64,000 nt of DNA, taken from assembly GCF_006345805.1 (NCBI RefSeq), contig NC_043003.1, positions 98,642,001 to 98,706,000 on the forward strand. The letters are read 5' to 3'. Both the position numbers and the translations under genes were made by a program. Shown here in pieces: positions 12,701 through 24,683 of the stretch; positions within the stretch are counted from its first letter, which is position 1; every line of letters starts with the position of its first letter. The stretch comes from Octopus sinensis (lineage: Eukaryota). The notes under the pieces are model-generated. The model was not told the origin of the DNA. It did no database searches and worked only from the letters and a program-made list of their open reading frames with translations.

Positions 12701-12830
12701 CTTGTTTTATTTATATTTCCTGAGCGCCATACTAATACAATTGTTCGTTTGTTTTCCACCTGCCTTCGTCTTTTGTTTATTTTCATAAAGCTTCCCGTTA
12801 TATATATATATATAATATATATATATATAT

Positions 12831-12863
<33 letters not shown>

Positions 12864-12954
12864 TATATATATGTATGTATGTATGTTTGTATGTATGTAT
12901 GTATGTATGTATGTGTGACTGTATGTATACACTCATACAAACATATACATATAT

Positions 12955-13059
12955 ATACACTATAGTACAAGATTCTCGCTCAAGGCCACGAGGTGGAACT
13001 GAACTCGGAACCATGTAGTTGGGAAGCAAGCTTCTTATCATATATCCACGCCTGTTCTT
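12955..13059 (-). mobile_element. OR-type SINE head (right arm of large inverted duplication)
   Basis: Reverse complement of 7300-7420, including the same private variants and truncation point. Confidence 0.75.
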
Positions 13060-13060
13060 A

Positions 13061-13132
<72 letters not shown>

Positions 13133-13324
13133 TATATATACACAATTAATATAGACAATATGTATCAATGTTATACAATCCACACCAAAAAGGAAACTAT
13201 AATTGACTCTGAATATGACTAAGGTGTCCGAAACGCCTACATTGCTAGAAATAAGAGACAAAATTCTCTAATGCCGCAGTAAAAGCACTTAATTCTATAC
13301 ATATATACTGAAATATATATATCT

Positions 13325-13515
13325 TTTCCCACGTGTGAGTGTGTCTTTGAGTTTGTCGCCCGCCACGTCTTGGTGTTGGTCTGTTTATATCCTCGTAACT
13401 GAGCGGTTCGGCATAAGATAGCAACAAAATAAGTACAAGTCTAAAAAAAATCTGGTGTCGATTTGTTCGAGCCGTGCCCTAGTATGGCCACAAACAAAAG
13501 ACTGAAACAAGTAAA
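13325..13515 (+). mobile_element. Degenerate OR-type SINE, 3' half
   Basis: gagcggttcggcataagatag..aataagtac..gtcgatttgttcga..gactgaaacaagtaaaaag. Confidence 0.6.
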
Positions 13516-14649
13516 AAGATAAAATAAAAAGGAGATTTTAATTCGCACATATGCGCGAAATATCTCTAAGCTCGTGCTAACATGTATAATGCTAGAACGT
13601 TGAAAAGCTTACTTTGAACTCCGTGACATAGAACATTTCAGTAAGCTACGTGAAGCGCTGGTTTCATGTTCAACATCAGTATTCATAAAGATCATTACTG
13701 GCGACGGCTGTAGGCCACAAAATCACCCAGTGACGAAAGACACTTCAGCAAACAACACAAAGCAGTGACATGCACTTCCGCAGTATTTATACGGTGAGTG
13801 AAATTGAATCCTCAATGTCGAATAGAATTTTAATTATTTCGTCTAATACAAGACAACTCGGGAACTGCTTCTGGGTTTTTATCATCATATTTGCTATGTG
13901 GCATATTTAATGTTTTCTACATTGAATAAGTTGATACTAACTAAACGAAATAAATGTTTCAAAGCATGTTGTCTTGTTGTTGTTGGTGTGTGTATGTAGA
14001 GAGAGAGAGAGGGGGGGCGATTTTATGAAATACCAGCTTAATTTCATCATTAACAATTTAAAATATTTATGAACACATTAAACTTATCATAATGAAATCT
14101 ATCTATTTTATTACAGGCGAGGAAACGCTCACGTACACAAAATAGACAGAAATTCAACCATGTACATAATCATACACACAGTGATATGCATAGAAACACA
14201 TATTTACTCACATTTTGAAAAAAAAAATAATAAAGAAATAGCTGTCAAGGAGAGTGTAAATCTTCTGTATATTAATTTACACGAAGAAAAACCACACACA
14301 AATACACTTGTAATGAAACTTAGAATATGAGGAAAATCATCTATACTTCGTGTGTGGCAAATTGAAAAAGCAGTTCCGGGATCGGTGGAAAGAAAAATTA
14401 CAATATGTCGTTGTTGTCGATGTTGCTTAGATAAGATCAGTGGCATACACCAACTGTGACAATCTCATTCTTTATAGATATCTAGAATTATATCAAACGC
14501 GATTTCTCTTATTCCGATCCGCTAAAACAATAAGGCAAGATTAATTTTAAACAGATCGAACGACGATGTCATAGATTATTTAATGGTGATTCTGTCTAAA
14601 ATAGAAATATGCTCTGGGTGATTAAAATTTTATTTATTAAATGAAAAAT

Positions 14650-14986
14650 AGATAAATGTATTTCGTTTTGGGATTTGGTTTGCAAGATTCTTTATATGAG
14701 TTCGTGTGTTAAAGCATATTCTGTTGTGTCTGGGGAGAGTCATTCTCTTTTAGTGCCTTATTATTTAACACACTCACCGGTAAAATTTCCACTTATTTCT
14801 TTTTTATTTTCCTAAAATTTTCGTTGCGTCTTGCAACCTTTTCAATAGTCTTGACTATTGCAAGACGCAACGAAAATTTCAGGAAAATAAAAAAGAAATA
14901 AGTGGAAATTTTACCGGTGAGTGTGTTAAATAATAAGGCACTAAAAGAGAATGACTCTCCCCAGACACAACAAGATAAATGTATTT
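14650..14986. mobile_element. Fold-back insertion (arms 14722-14850 and 14853-14972) with 14-bp flanking direct repeat; probably a PLE terminus with inverted partial copy
   Basis: Arms are reverse complements apart from a 9-nt deletion; agataaatgtattt at 14650-14663 and 14973-14986. Confidence 0.65.
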
Positions 14987-15106
14987 TACTGCAATATAAA
15001 ATGTTTTTAAATAATAGATTAGTTCAATTAAATTGAACATCGGTAATAAAAATGCTTTTGCCTGACTCTGAGCGAAATATGTGCCATATTATATAGTGGT
15101 TATGAA

Positions 15107-15170
15107 GGCATGCGACCTAGTGGTTAGCATATTCACCTTATGACCATAAAGCCAAGAGTTGAATTCATGT
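15107..15170 (+). mobile_element. Old tRNA-derived SINE head
   Basis: ggcatgcgacctagtggttag (A-box-like) and gagttgaattc (B-box-like). Confidence 0.4.
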
Positions 15171-16205
15171 TAATCCAGTCTCCTCTGCGGTGAATAAGGA
15201 CCAGTCAGGTACTGTTGCCGCTCTCCCTTTCCCTTCAGCTATAAAATATCTCTATGTCCCGCTAGTTCACTACTGAACGGAGACCCAGAGAGAGGTTATG
15301 TCTGTATATGACTACATTAAGTACCTAAGCCAGTTAGTGAAAGCACGGTGATAGGCTACCAAGTAGTATTCGCAAGCGAGTGGTACTTGACTGTACGGTA
15401 CTTTATGCAACGATAAAAACCTTGTGGATTGGTATCTAGTACTGCTTTATTCAATATAACCTCACAGTAGAACGCAATTTGAGGATATTTGGTTGCTAGG
15501 ACGTTGAAACAAATATAATGACGAATAAGTTAAATATATAAGAATCATAACAATAAACGTATGGGTTAACACTACGAATTATATGAGCTCTGTCTTGTCG
15601 AAACATAATTCGATTAAAGGGGGCCTAGCTTTGATATTATTCCTCTTCTTTCCTATCGAGCATATGACTAATGTATCGTTCACTAAGGCAGTGATTAAAA
15701 GGTGCCATTTGAAGGGGGTTTCGTTGCTGTTTCGTACAGGTCAAGTGGCTACAGGCCTTTTTGATTCGTTGTTGATGATTTTCGTTAAGACAGCCCTGAT
15801 TAATTAGTAACCTCAATCAACGACGCTCCAACTGTAATCGTCACGCCTTTTTGAATTTTTCAACTAAATATAGTTGACTTTAAATTATTTATTGTCCTTC
15901 ACATTGTAAGAGGCTAGTGTGTGATTCGAATGAGGTTTGACTTCTGTTTCTAGTACATCGAATGATAACATAAAGTTATTCGTTTCTTCGATTATAAAAG
16001 AATGATAAAAATAGATCCGACGGCTACGATTTAAGTATGTGTGTGATGCTCCTATGGCTCAATCACGTATCTGGTACCAGCATGTTCTAGAAAGGTATGA
16101 AAGACTATTCAATACTACTACTACTAAAACTACCACCACCACCACCAGCACTATTACTACTACTACTACGACTACTACTACTACGACGACGACGACGACG
16201 GCGAC

Positions 16206-16231
<26 letters not shown>

Positions 16232-16236
<5 letters not shown>

Positions 16237-17575
16237 AAACACAGAGCTCAATGCTAAAAACAAGATAATAGGTATCAACACTTTAGCTGTCCCAGTTATA
16301 AGTTACAGCTACAATATCCTTAACTGGACACGAAATGAACTGACCAAAATAGATAGGAAACCAAGAAAAATAATGACAGGATCTAGGATGCATTACCCAA
16401 AATCTGACATAGAAAAACTATATATACAACGTATATGTAGAGGCCTTATACAGCTGGAAAACTACTATAAAATAACCACCATAGGACTGCAAAAATATCT
16501 ACTTCAGAAGGAAGGAAAACTGATCCAGATAGCGGCAAAACACGAGCAAAACAAAAAACTGTTCTCAGTATTTAAGGAAGCTGACAAATACAAACAAGAA
16601 ATCATACCACCTAATAAACATGAAGAAGAAGAAGAAGATGAAGAAACAACAAAAGCTATAAAACAAATGAAATCCAAACTAAAAATAGAACAGCAACGAA
16701 CCATGATAAAACGATGGCAAGAAAAGCCCCTTCATGGTAAATACTGGACTAAACTAAACGCAAATGAAATAGACAAAGGAAAATCCCAGCAATGGTTGAG
16801 AAGCTCAGGACTCAAAGCAGAAACAGAGGGATTTTTAATTGCAGCACAAGACCAAAGCCTCCCCACCAGAAATTACCAAAAACATGTAATGAAAAGAAAT
16901 ATTACAAGTAACTGCAGAATATGTGGAGATGGACAAGAAACAATAAATCATATTCTCTAGCTGCCCAGTCCTGGCTAAGAAGGAATATATTCACAGACAT
17001 GACAGAGTTGGAACCTACATACATTGGAAGCTATGCCAACATTATGGAATAACAACAGAAAAAAGATGGTATAGGCACACACCAGAAAAGGTCACAGAAA
17101 ACGAGAAAGCAACCATACTCTGGGATATGCCGATACACACAGATAGAGAAATTAAGGTCAACAGACCAGATATAGTTGTCAGAGATCATGAAGAAAAAAA
17201 ATGCTTTCTAATTGGGTATCAATACCGCAGATGACAACGGGTCTCTAAAAGAAATGGAGAAACTCTCAAAATACAAAGACCTGGAAATAGAGGTAACTTG
17301 AATGTGGAATCTGAAAACAGAAACAATTCCTATCATAGTAGGTGCATTAGGCATGATAAAAAAATATTCAGACAAATACATAACAAAAACACCAGGACTT
17401 ACAAACACATATAACATACAGAAAATTGCACTACTAGGCACTGCACACATCCTACGCAGAACACTTTCCATACAATAACCATCAGAGCATCACAACAAAT
17501 CACAGCACATACCCAAGGCACACAGAGCTGCGCTCGGTAGTGAAGTGAAAGCACGCTATAAAAATAAAACTACTG
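16232..17575 (+). mobile_element. R4/Dong-clade RLE LINE ('family A'), 5'-truncated copy 1, in (TAA)n
   Basis: LNTELNAKNKIIGINTLAVPV..YSY..LNW, WQEKPLHGKY, WLRSSGLKAETEGFLIAAQDQSL, CRICGDGQETINHI..CP, LWDMPIHTD..NRPDIVV, KYKDL, IPIIVGALG; stop 17476-17478; TAA on both sides. Confidence 0.9.
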
Positions 17576-17591
17576 AATAATAATAATAATA

Positions 17592-18163
17592 ATGGACAAG
17601 AAACAATAAATCATATTATCTCTGGCTGCCCAGTCCTAGCTAAGAAGGAATATATTCACAGACACGACAGAGTTGGGACCCAGATCACAGAAAACGAGAA
17701 AGCAACCATGCTCTGGGATATGCCAATACACACAGATAGAAAAATTAAGAGCAACACGCCAGATATAGTTGTCAGAGATCATGAAGAAAAAAATGCTTTC
17801 TAATTGATGTATCAATACCAGCAGAAGACAACGTGTCTCTAAAAGAAATGGAGAAACTTTCAAAATACAAAGACCTGGAAATAGAGATAACTCGAACGTG
17901 AAATCTAAAAACAAACAATTCCTATCATAGTAGGCGCATGAGGTATGCTAAAAAAAATATTCAAACAAATACATAACAAAAACACCAGGTCTTACAAACA
18001 CATATAACATACAGAAAATTGCACTACTGGGCACTGCACACATCCTACGCAAAACACTTTCAATACAGTAACCATCAGACCACCACAACAAATCACAACA
18101 TGTACCCAAAGTGCACAGAGCTGCGCTCGGTAGTGAAGTGAAAGCACGCTATAAAAATAAAAT
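17592..18163 (+). mobile_element. Family A copy 2, 5'-truncated, with ~75-nt internal deletion at 17680/17681
   Basis: High identity to 16930-17575; lacks the tacatacattgg..cacacac segment. Confidence 0.9.
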
Positions 18164-18164
18164 A

Positions 18165-18274
18165 ATGCAAGTGCCTGGTGTACCGTTATCAAATAAGTAT
18201 TCATGATGGGTGTACTGGGCTTCGTATATTTTACTCCAGTGTCACTTAGATCGCATGTACTATATCACTCACTC
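18165..18274 (+). mobile_element. Family D, short 3' fragment
   Basis: atgcaagtgcctggtgtacc..gggcttcgtatattttactccagtgtcact..cactcactc then (ATA)n. Confidence 0.75.
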
Positions 18275-18338
<64 letters not shown>

Positions 18339-18434
18339 CAACAACAACAATAATAATAATAATAATAGTAATAATAATACTTTCATATTTTGGCACAGGG
18401 TCGATTACTATCAACATCATCATCATTGCCATTA

Positions 18435-18491
<57 letters not shown>

Positions 18492-18493
18492 CA

Positions 18494-18542
<49 letters not shown>

Positions 18543-18570
18543 CATCATTATTTTTATATATTATTATTAT
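18275..18570. repeat. (TAA)n followed by (ATT)n microsatellites
   Basis: Direct reading. Confidence 0.95.
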
Positions 18571-18889
18571 TATTGCTGCTGTTGTTATCTACTGTGTTCA
18601 GTGGAAATTCAAATCAATTATAGATGATATTTGCAATCCTTAGGCATGAGTTTCAACTGACAAAGATCTATTCCTGTTTACTTGCATCAAAGTTTGGTTT
18701 TCCTTTGATTTATGAGGTAAATTTCATTCAATCGATGGCAATGTATATTACTGGCATCGATTACAATTTTATTACATATTGAGGTCTAAACATTTTCGAG
18801 ATCAGGCACTGATACCTACACACACAACACACCACGCGCGCGCACACACACACTAACACATTGGAACATGCAAATATATATTCTGAGCA

Positions 18890-19489
18890 GTGTATATATA
18901 TATATATTATATATATATTATATATATATATATATATAAATGTACTGATCATATATGTATGTCTATATTCAATAGATTATACTCACAACCCCATACACAC
19001 ACACGCACGTAGACACACACACACACACACGCACGCATACATACACACTCACATATATATACCATTCATATATAAATATACATATAGTATGTCTATATAT
19101 ATACATACACATATGCGCATAAATGGAAACAAATTTCTCCCTTGATCTCACTTTTTCCCCATTTTTCACTCTCTGTTATGTGTTTGCATATGTCTGTAAG
19201 TTTGTTTATGTCCGTGTGCTTGTATATATATATATCTATATATATGTGTGTGTATGTATGTGTGTATGTGTGTATATATATGTATATATTTACATATTTA
19301 TAAGTATATATGCAGCATGTGTATATATATATTATATATATATATATATATATCACATACATATATACTTATGTATGTGTATATACATACATGTGTATAT
19401 ATATATATATATATATATATGTACATACGCATACATGTACGCATTCACACACACACACATATATATGTGTATATATATATATATTATAT

Positions 19490-19532
<43 letters not shown>

Positions 19533-19560
19533 GCACACCTACATATATAATCATGCATCT
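18890..19560. repeat. (TA)n/(CA)n/(TG)n low-complexity region
   Basis: Direct reading. Confidence 0.85.
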
Positions 19561-19876
19561 ATGTGAAAATATGTTATGAGCTTTACCTATATCAGTCTTT
19601 TGTATGTCAATGTTACTTCTTAATTATAGAATACTCGACCAGTGAAAATGGATAATTCTTGCCTTTTTCTACTCTCAGAAATACATCAATACATTTGAAA
19701 TCAATACATATACAGATATTTTCCAATATGTTTTCTCTTTTCTATTCTTTTACTTATTGATGAAAGAAAAAAGACAAAATATCCGATTTCATAGGCGTGA
19801 GATTTAATAGTAAGCTAATGTTGAACAAAAACATACGACAGTATTCTAATATTGAATTTATATTCATAATATGATT

Positions 19877-19971
<95 letters not shown>

Positions 19972-20606
19972 TGTGACCTTTTCTGGTGTGTGCTTATACC
20001 ATCTTTTTTCTGTTGCTTTTCCATAATGTTGGCATAGCTTCCAGTGTGAACCTACATACACTGGAAGCTATGCCAACATTATGGAATAACAACAGAAAAA
20101 ATATAGTATAGGCACACACCAGAAAAGGTCACAGAAAACGAGAAAGCAACCATACTCTGGGATATGCCAATACACACAGATAGAGAAATTAAGGCCAACA
20201 GACCAGATATAGTTGTCAGAGATCATGAATAAAAAAAAATGCTTTCTAATTGATGTATCAATACCGGCAGATGACAACGTGTCTCTAAAAGAAATGGAGA
20301 AACTTTCAAAATACAAAGACCTGGAAATAGAGGTAACCGGAATGTGGAATCTAAAAACAGAAATAATTCCTATCATAGTAGGTGCATTAGGCATGATAAA
20401 AAAATACTCAGACATAACAAAAACACCAGGATTTACAAACACAAATAACATACAGAAAATTGCACTACTAGGCACTGCACACATCCTACGCAGAACACTT
20501 TCCATACAATAACCATCAGAGCATCACAACAAATCACAGCACATACCCAAGGCAAACAGAGCTGCGCTCGGTAGTGAAGTGAAAACACGCTATAAAAATA
20601 AAAGTA

Positions 20607-20609
<3 letters not shown>
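19972..20609 (+). mobile_element. Family A copy 3 with inverted duplication of its 5'-most ~76 nt
   Basis: 19972-20047 is the reverse complement of 20058-20133; the rest matches the family A 3' end; TAA on both sides. Confidence 0.9.
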
Positions 20610-20695
<86 letters not shown>

Positions 20696-20697
20696 TA

Positions 20698-20749
<52 letters not shown>

Positions 20750-21160
20750 CATAATAATAATCCTTTCTACTATAGGCACGAGACCTGAAGTTTTGGGGGA
20801 GTGGGCCAGTCGATTAGATCGACCCCAATAAGCAACTGTTACTTAAATTACCGACCCTGAAAGGATGAAAGGCAAAGTCAACGTTGGCGGAATTTAAATT
20901 CGGAACATAGCGGCATTTAGTTAACGACTCTGTCAGCTCGTCACCTTAGTAATAATAATAATAATAATATAATAATAATAATAATAATATAATAATAATA
21001 TAATAATAATAATATAATAATAATAATGAGAAGAAGAAGAAGAAGAAGAAGAAGAAGAGAAGAAGAAGAAGAGAGAAGAAGAAGAAGAAGAAGAAAGAAG
21101 AAGAAGAAGAAGAAGAAGAAGAAGAAGAAGAAGAAGAAGAAGAGAAGAAAAAAAAAAAGA
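20610..21160. repeat. (TAA)n tracts and (GAA)n tract around an OK-like SINE
   Basis: Direct reading. Confidence 0.9.
20761..20945 (-). mobile_element. OK-like tRNA SINE
   Basis: tcctttctactataggcac..gtcgattagatcgacccc..gaaaggatgaaaggcaaagtcaac..cagctcgtcacctt. Confidence 0.8.
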
Positions 21161-21410
21161 TTTGGATGCACCAATGATGCAGGTAGGTTATCCCGTGCCG
21201 CTCTGACTTTTTAGTTCATGGACTTGAAAAAACCGCATTATTTATGGGATGAACCAACACTTATTTTATCGACCGCAAAAGGACGAGACGGTGATTTTGT
21301 CCAAGAATTAATTATCTTAAGGTGGCAATTATGATTGCTTAGATAAGACGATGATTTAATAACACTGATGGTGATGAAGATGCTGACAGCGAAGGCGATG
21401 ATGATGATAA

Positions 21411-21551
21411 TAGTGTTTGTGGTTGTGACTGCCTTAATGTCAGTGTGATAGTCATGCAGACGTCGATTTGGAGTTGGTGATAGTGTTTGTGGTGGTGACT
21501 GCCTTAATGTCAGTGTGATAGTCATGCAGACGTCGATTTGGAGAGTTGGTG
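21411..21551. repeat. 70-bp tandem duplication (2 copies)
   Basis: tagtgtttgtgg..gcagacgtcgatttggag at 21411 and 21481. Confidence 0.9.
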
Positions 21552-21947
21552 GAGCATAAATGCTCTGGATGTGACTAGTTATATTACAACATAAAGCAAT
21601 GAGCGAATGTGCACTAAGTCGAATGTAAATTTCAAGTTCGTCTATAAATTCAATTTGTCCCCAAGAACAACAGCTGGAAAACATACCTAACGTCTGTTGA
21701 TAATACGTACGTACATACATACACTCACATATGCACGAACTGTCACCCCACCCCCCCGCACACACATACACACACACACAGAGTAACATGCGTACTCACA
21801 CACATTGTTTTGTGGATTTTTTTTCTTTTCTCACTATTTTTCTGTATATTCCTATGACACTTGCATGTATGTTACAATAATATGCTGTACATATGTCTGT
21901 CTGTGTATTTCAGTCACTCTTTCCTTCCACCTCCTTTCCTCCTTACT

Positions 21948-22122
<175 letters not shown>

Positions 22123-22269
22123 ATGATATATTACATTATGTTATATTTGAAGATGTGTGTGTGTGTGTGTGTGTGTGCTTAGTAAGTTAAATGTTCTGGC
22201 CAGTCATAGAGTGACCATTGGTTTCGCACTATATATATATATACATATATATATATATGTATACACGTG

Positions 22270-22447
22270 TGTAACGTTGGCAATTTTTTTTCCTCTGTCT
22301 TCCCTTTTCCTATGTTTCTAACGAAGAGCTCCGCTCGAAACGTAAAACCCTCCTTCTTCCCTTCCTTCCTGAGCGTCCAATAATACTATATTTGTTCCAC
22401 GTCCTCGCGTTGTTGTGTTTTCGTGTTTGGATTAACTTTATATATTT
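22270..22447 (+). mobile_element. Solo PLE-type pLTR in (TA)n with hammerhead-like motif at 22314-22348
   Basis: gttt-CTAACGA-A-GAGC(tcc)GCTC-GAAAC-GT-A-aaac; downstream cctgagcgtccaataatac parallels cctgagcgccatactaatac of the 8 kb pLTR. Confidence 0.65.
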
Positions 22448-22509
22448 ATACGCACACATATTTATGTGTGTATGTATGTATACATGGTGAGTATGCATGG
22501 GACAAGCGA

Positions 22510-22574
22510 GTATTTTTTAATGTTTTTATTGTTTCAGTCATTTAATTGCGGTCATGCTGGAGCACCACCTTGAA
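22510..22574 (-). mobile_element. OR-type SINE/LINE 3' tail
   Basis: Reverse complement ttcaaggtggtgctccagcatgaccgcaattaaatgactgaaacaataaaa. Confidence 0.8.
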
Positions 22575-22584
22575 AATTTGTGAT

Positions 22585-22691
22585 ACACTTACATCACCTA
22601 GGCTTCCCAAGCGTTCACCCATCTAAATACTAACTAGGGTCGTCGTTGATCGGAAGAAAACCGATGCATTCAATGTGATTTGGTCGAAATT
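22585..22691 (-). pseudogene. Degenerate 5S rRNA-derived sequence
   Basis: Reverse complement cgaccaaatcacattgaatgcatcggttttcttccgatc..aacgacgaccctagttagtatttagatgggtgaacgcttgggaagcctaggtgatgtaagt aligns to metazoan 5S (box C gttagtacttggatggg); ~13 nt of the box A region missing. Confidence 0.75.
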
Positions 22692-22889
22692 AGTCAGCAG
22701 TCACAAGCAGTGTTTAGCAGGGTGAGTTCAAAAGTGCTGTTACCACAGTCCTCTTCAAAAGGGACTAAAAAATTGGCAGATCAGTATATTAGATGTGTAG
22801 TAATGATATACTAAAAGGACAATTATGTAGTACAGTTATAACAAGCCTCTTTTAAAGAAAAGTCTCAAAACCTCTGGAATTGCCCCTTT

Positions 22890-23055
22890 CACATACATAC
22901 AATACATACATACATACATACATACATACATACAAACATACATACATATAAACATACATACATATAAACATACATACATACATACATACATACATACATA
23001 CATACATACATACATACATACATACATACATACATACTTACAAACATACATACAT
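22890..23055. repeat. (CATA)n microsatellite
   Basis: Direct reading. Confidence 0.95.
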
Positions 23056-23252
23056 GTATATCTCTGTGAATTTTCTCAGATGAATACACCTTCGAAACAC
23101 ACGTCAAAGACAGCCATGCGTGCAAACTGTTAGAAATGGAAAAGTACTTCTAAATTGGATGACAACTGGAAATATGTGGCTTACTGTCTTGTCTTATTTT
23201 ATTCCATACACTTATATGCCTGCCTGCATGCATACGTACATATATATATATG

Positions 23253-23293
<41 letters not shown>

Positions 23294-24683
23294 GTATCTC
23301 TCTCTCCCTCTCTCCCTCTCTCTCTCTCTACATATATATATATATTTGTATGTCTACTTATTTTGATTGCTAGATGGACTGATATATATATATATAGACG
23401 GATGAGCATTTCTTCTTATATAGATATTTGCATTCATATTTTTACATGTGTGTACGTATATTCATATGCACGTACACACGCAACTCTCCAAACACAGATG
23501 TGAATGCGTGTTCGCGCGTGCGTACGTTTGTATATGTGTACATGTGTATGAATATTCTTGCACGCGTGTTTGTAAGTATATCTGTATGTATACACGCATA
23601 CACACACATGGTTGTACGCGTGTTTCTGCCTTTCATTCTCTATCGCAAAATAAATCATCACGCAACGTAAATGTTTTTTGCAAAGAAATCAGGATATAAA
23701 ACCCGAAACAAAACATTAATATTGCTTCAGTGAACTTTCAAGACTCTACATAACGACAAATAGTTTCCAGATAATTCGTTTGATCTTCTTTTGGTTCCGA
23801 TTATTGTCCAACTTGATACTATAGTCTTAAATTATTTTGCTACTCTATTCTATCTGTAGTGTCACATTTCCTGATATCCCTCCTTACTTTTCTTCGAATT
23901 TTCTGTTTTCTGTTCTTGCTTGATTACATTGTATCATTTTTTTATCTATTCGCCGTAACATTACCGCCTTTTTGTAAATCAAATCTAGGACTGCAGTTTT
24001 TAATGTTTTTCATACCACCTGGTGAGCTTTTAATACAATAAAGTTTGAGTAGATATAGTGTATTTTAAAAATATTATAACATGCTGCATATCAATGAATT
24101 TTCTGGCAGATCGAAATTCTCTTTTTACAGTTACTCACTGCTAGACTATAGTTACAGTCTGTTTTTCTCTTTACTTTCGTATATATACTGCCTACGTCTG
24201 TATATTTTCTACCTAGTTTACGACTGATTCCAAGATTTTATAGTTAATGTGATGTTTACTATCATTACAGTTTAGTTTGACATGTCTTCAGTATCGTTAA
24301 AACATTTCCTGAATCACCGCTAGTCAGTGTTCATTCAAAGCCCTCAATATGCAGCGGTTTCTTTAGACATGTTTTGATACTATGCTATGTATGAAGAAGT
24401 TATTTTCAAACACTACCCTCCCTCATTTCGTGGGAGATAGAACAATGTGAATGGTTCCTCTAAGACCCTGTAGCAGTGATGTTTAGACAACAGAGTCCGA
24501 AGAAGCAAATGGGAAACTGAGAAAATGGGGATATCATACGTGTACTTGACTACTACTTTACTTAATACATCGGCTCTGGTACAATGAAAACGCAAATACC
24601 TGAAGTACTTTTATATTATTTAGTTGTGTCTATCTATGACAGAAATTCATCTTCCGCTGTTCTCTTGTCCATCTTTTATGTTT

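Larger units (their letters stand above)
8018..12804 (+). mobile_element. Penelope-like element, Neptune-type, bounded by two ~220-bp direct repeats (pLTRs), inserted in (TA)n
   Basis: Near-identical repeats at 8018-8237 and 12585-12804 (offset 4567); RT and GIY-YIG motifs between them; TA flanks on both sides. Confidence 0.9.
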
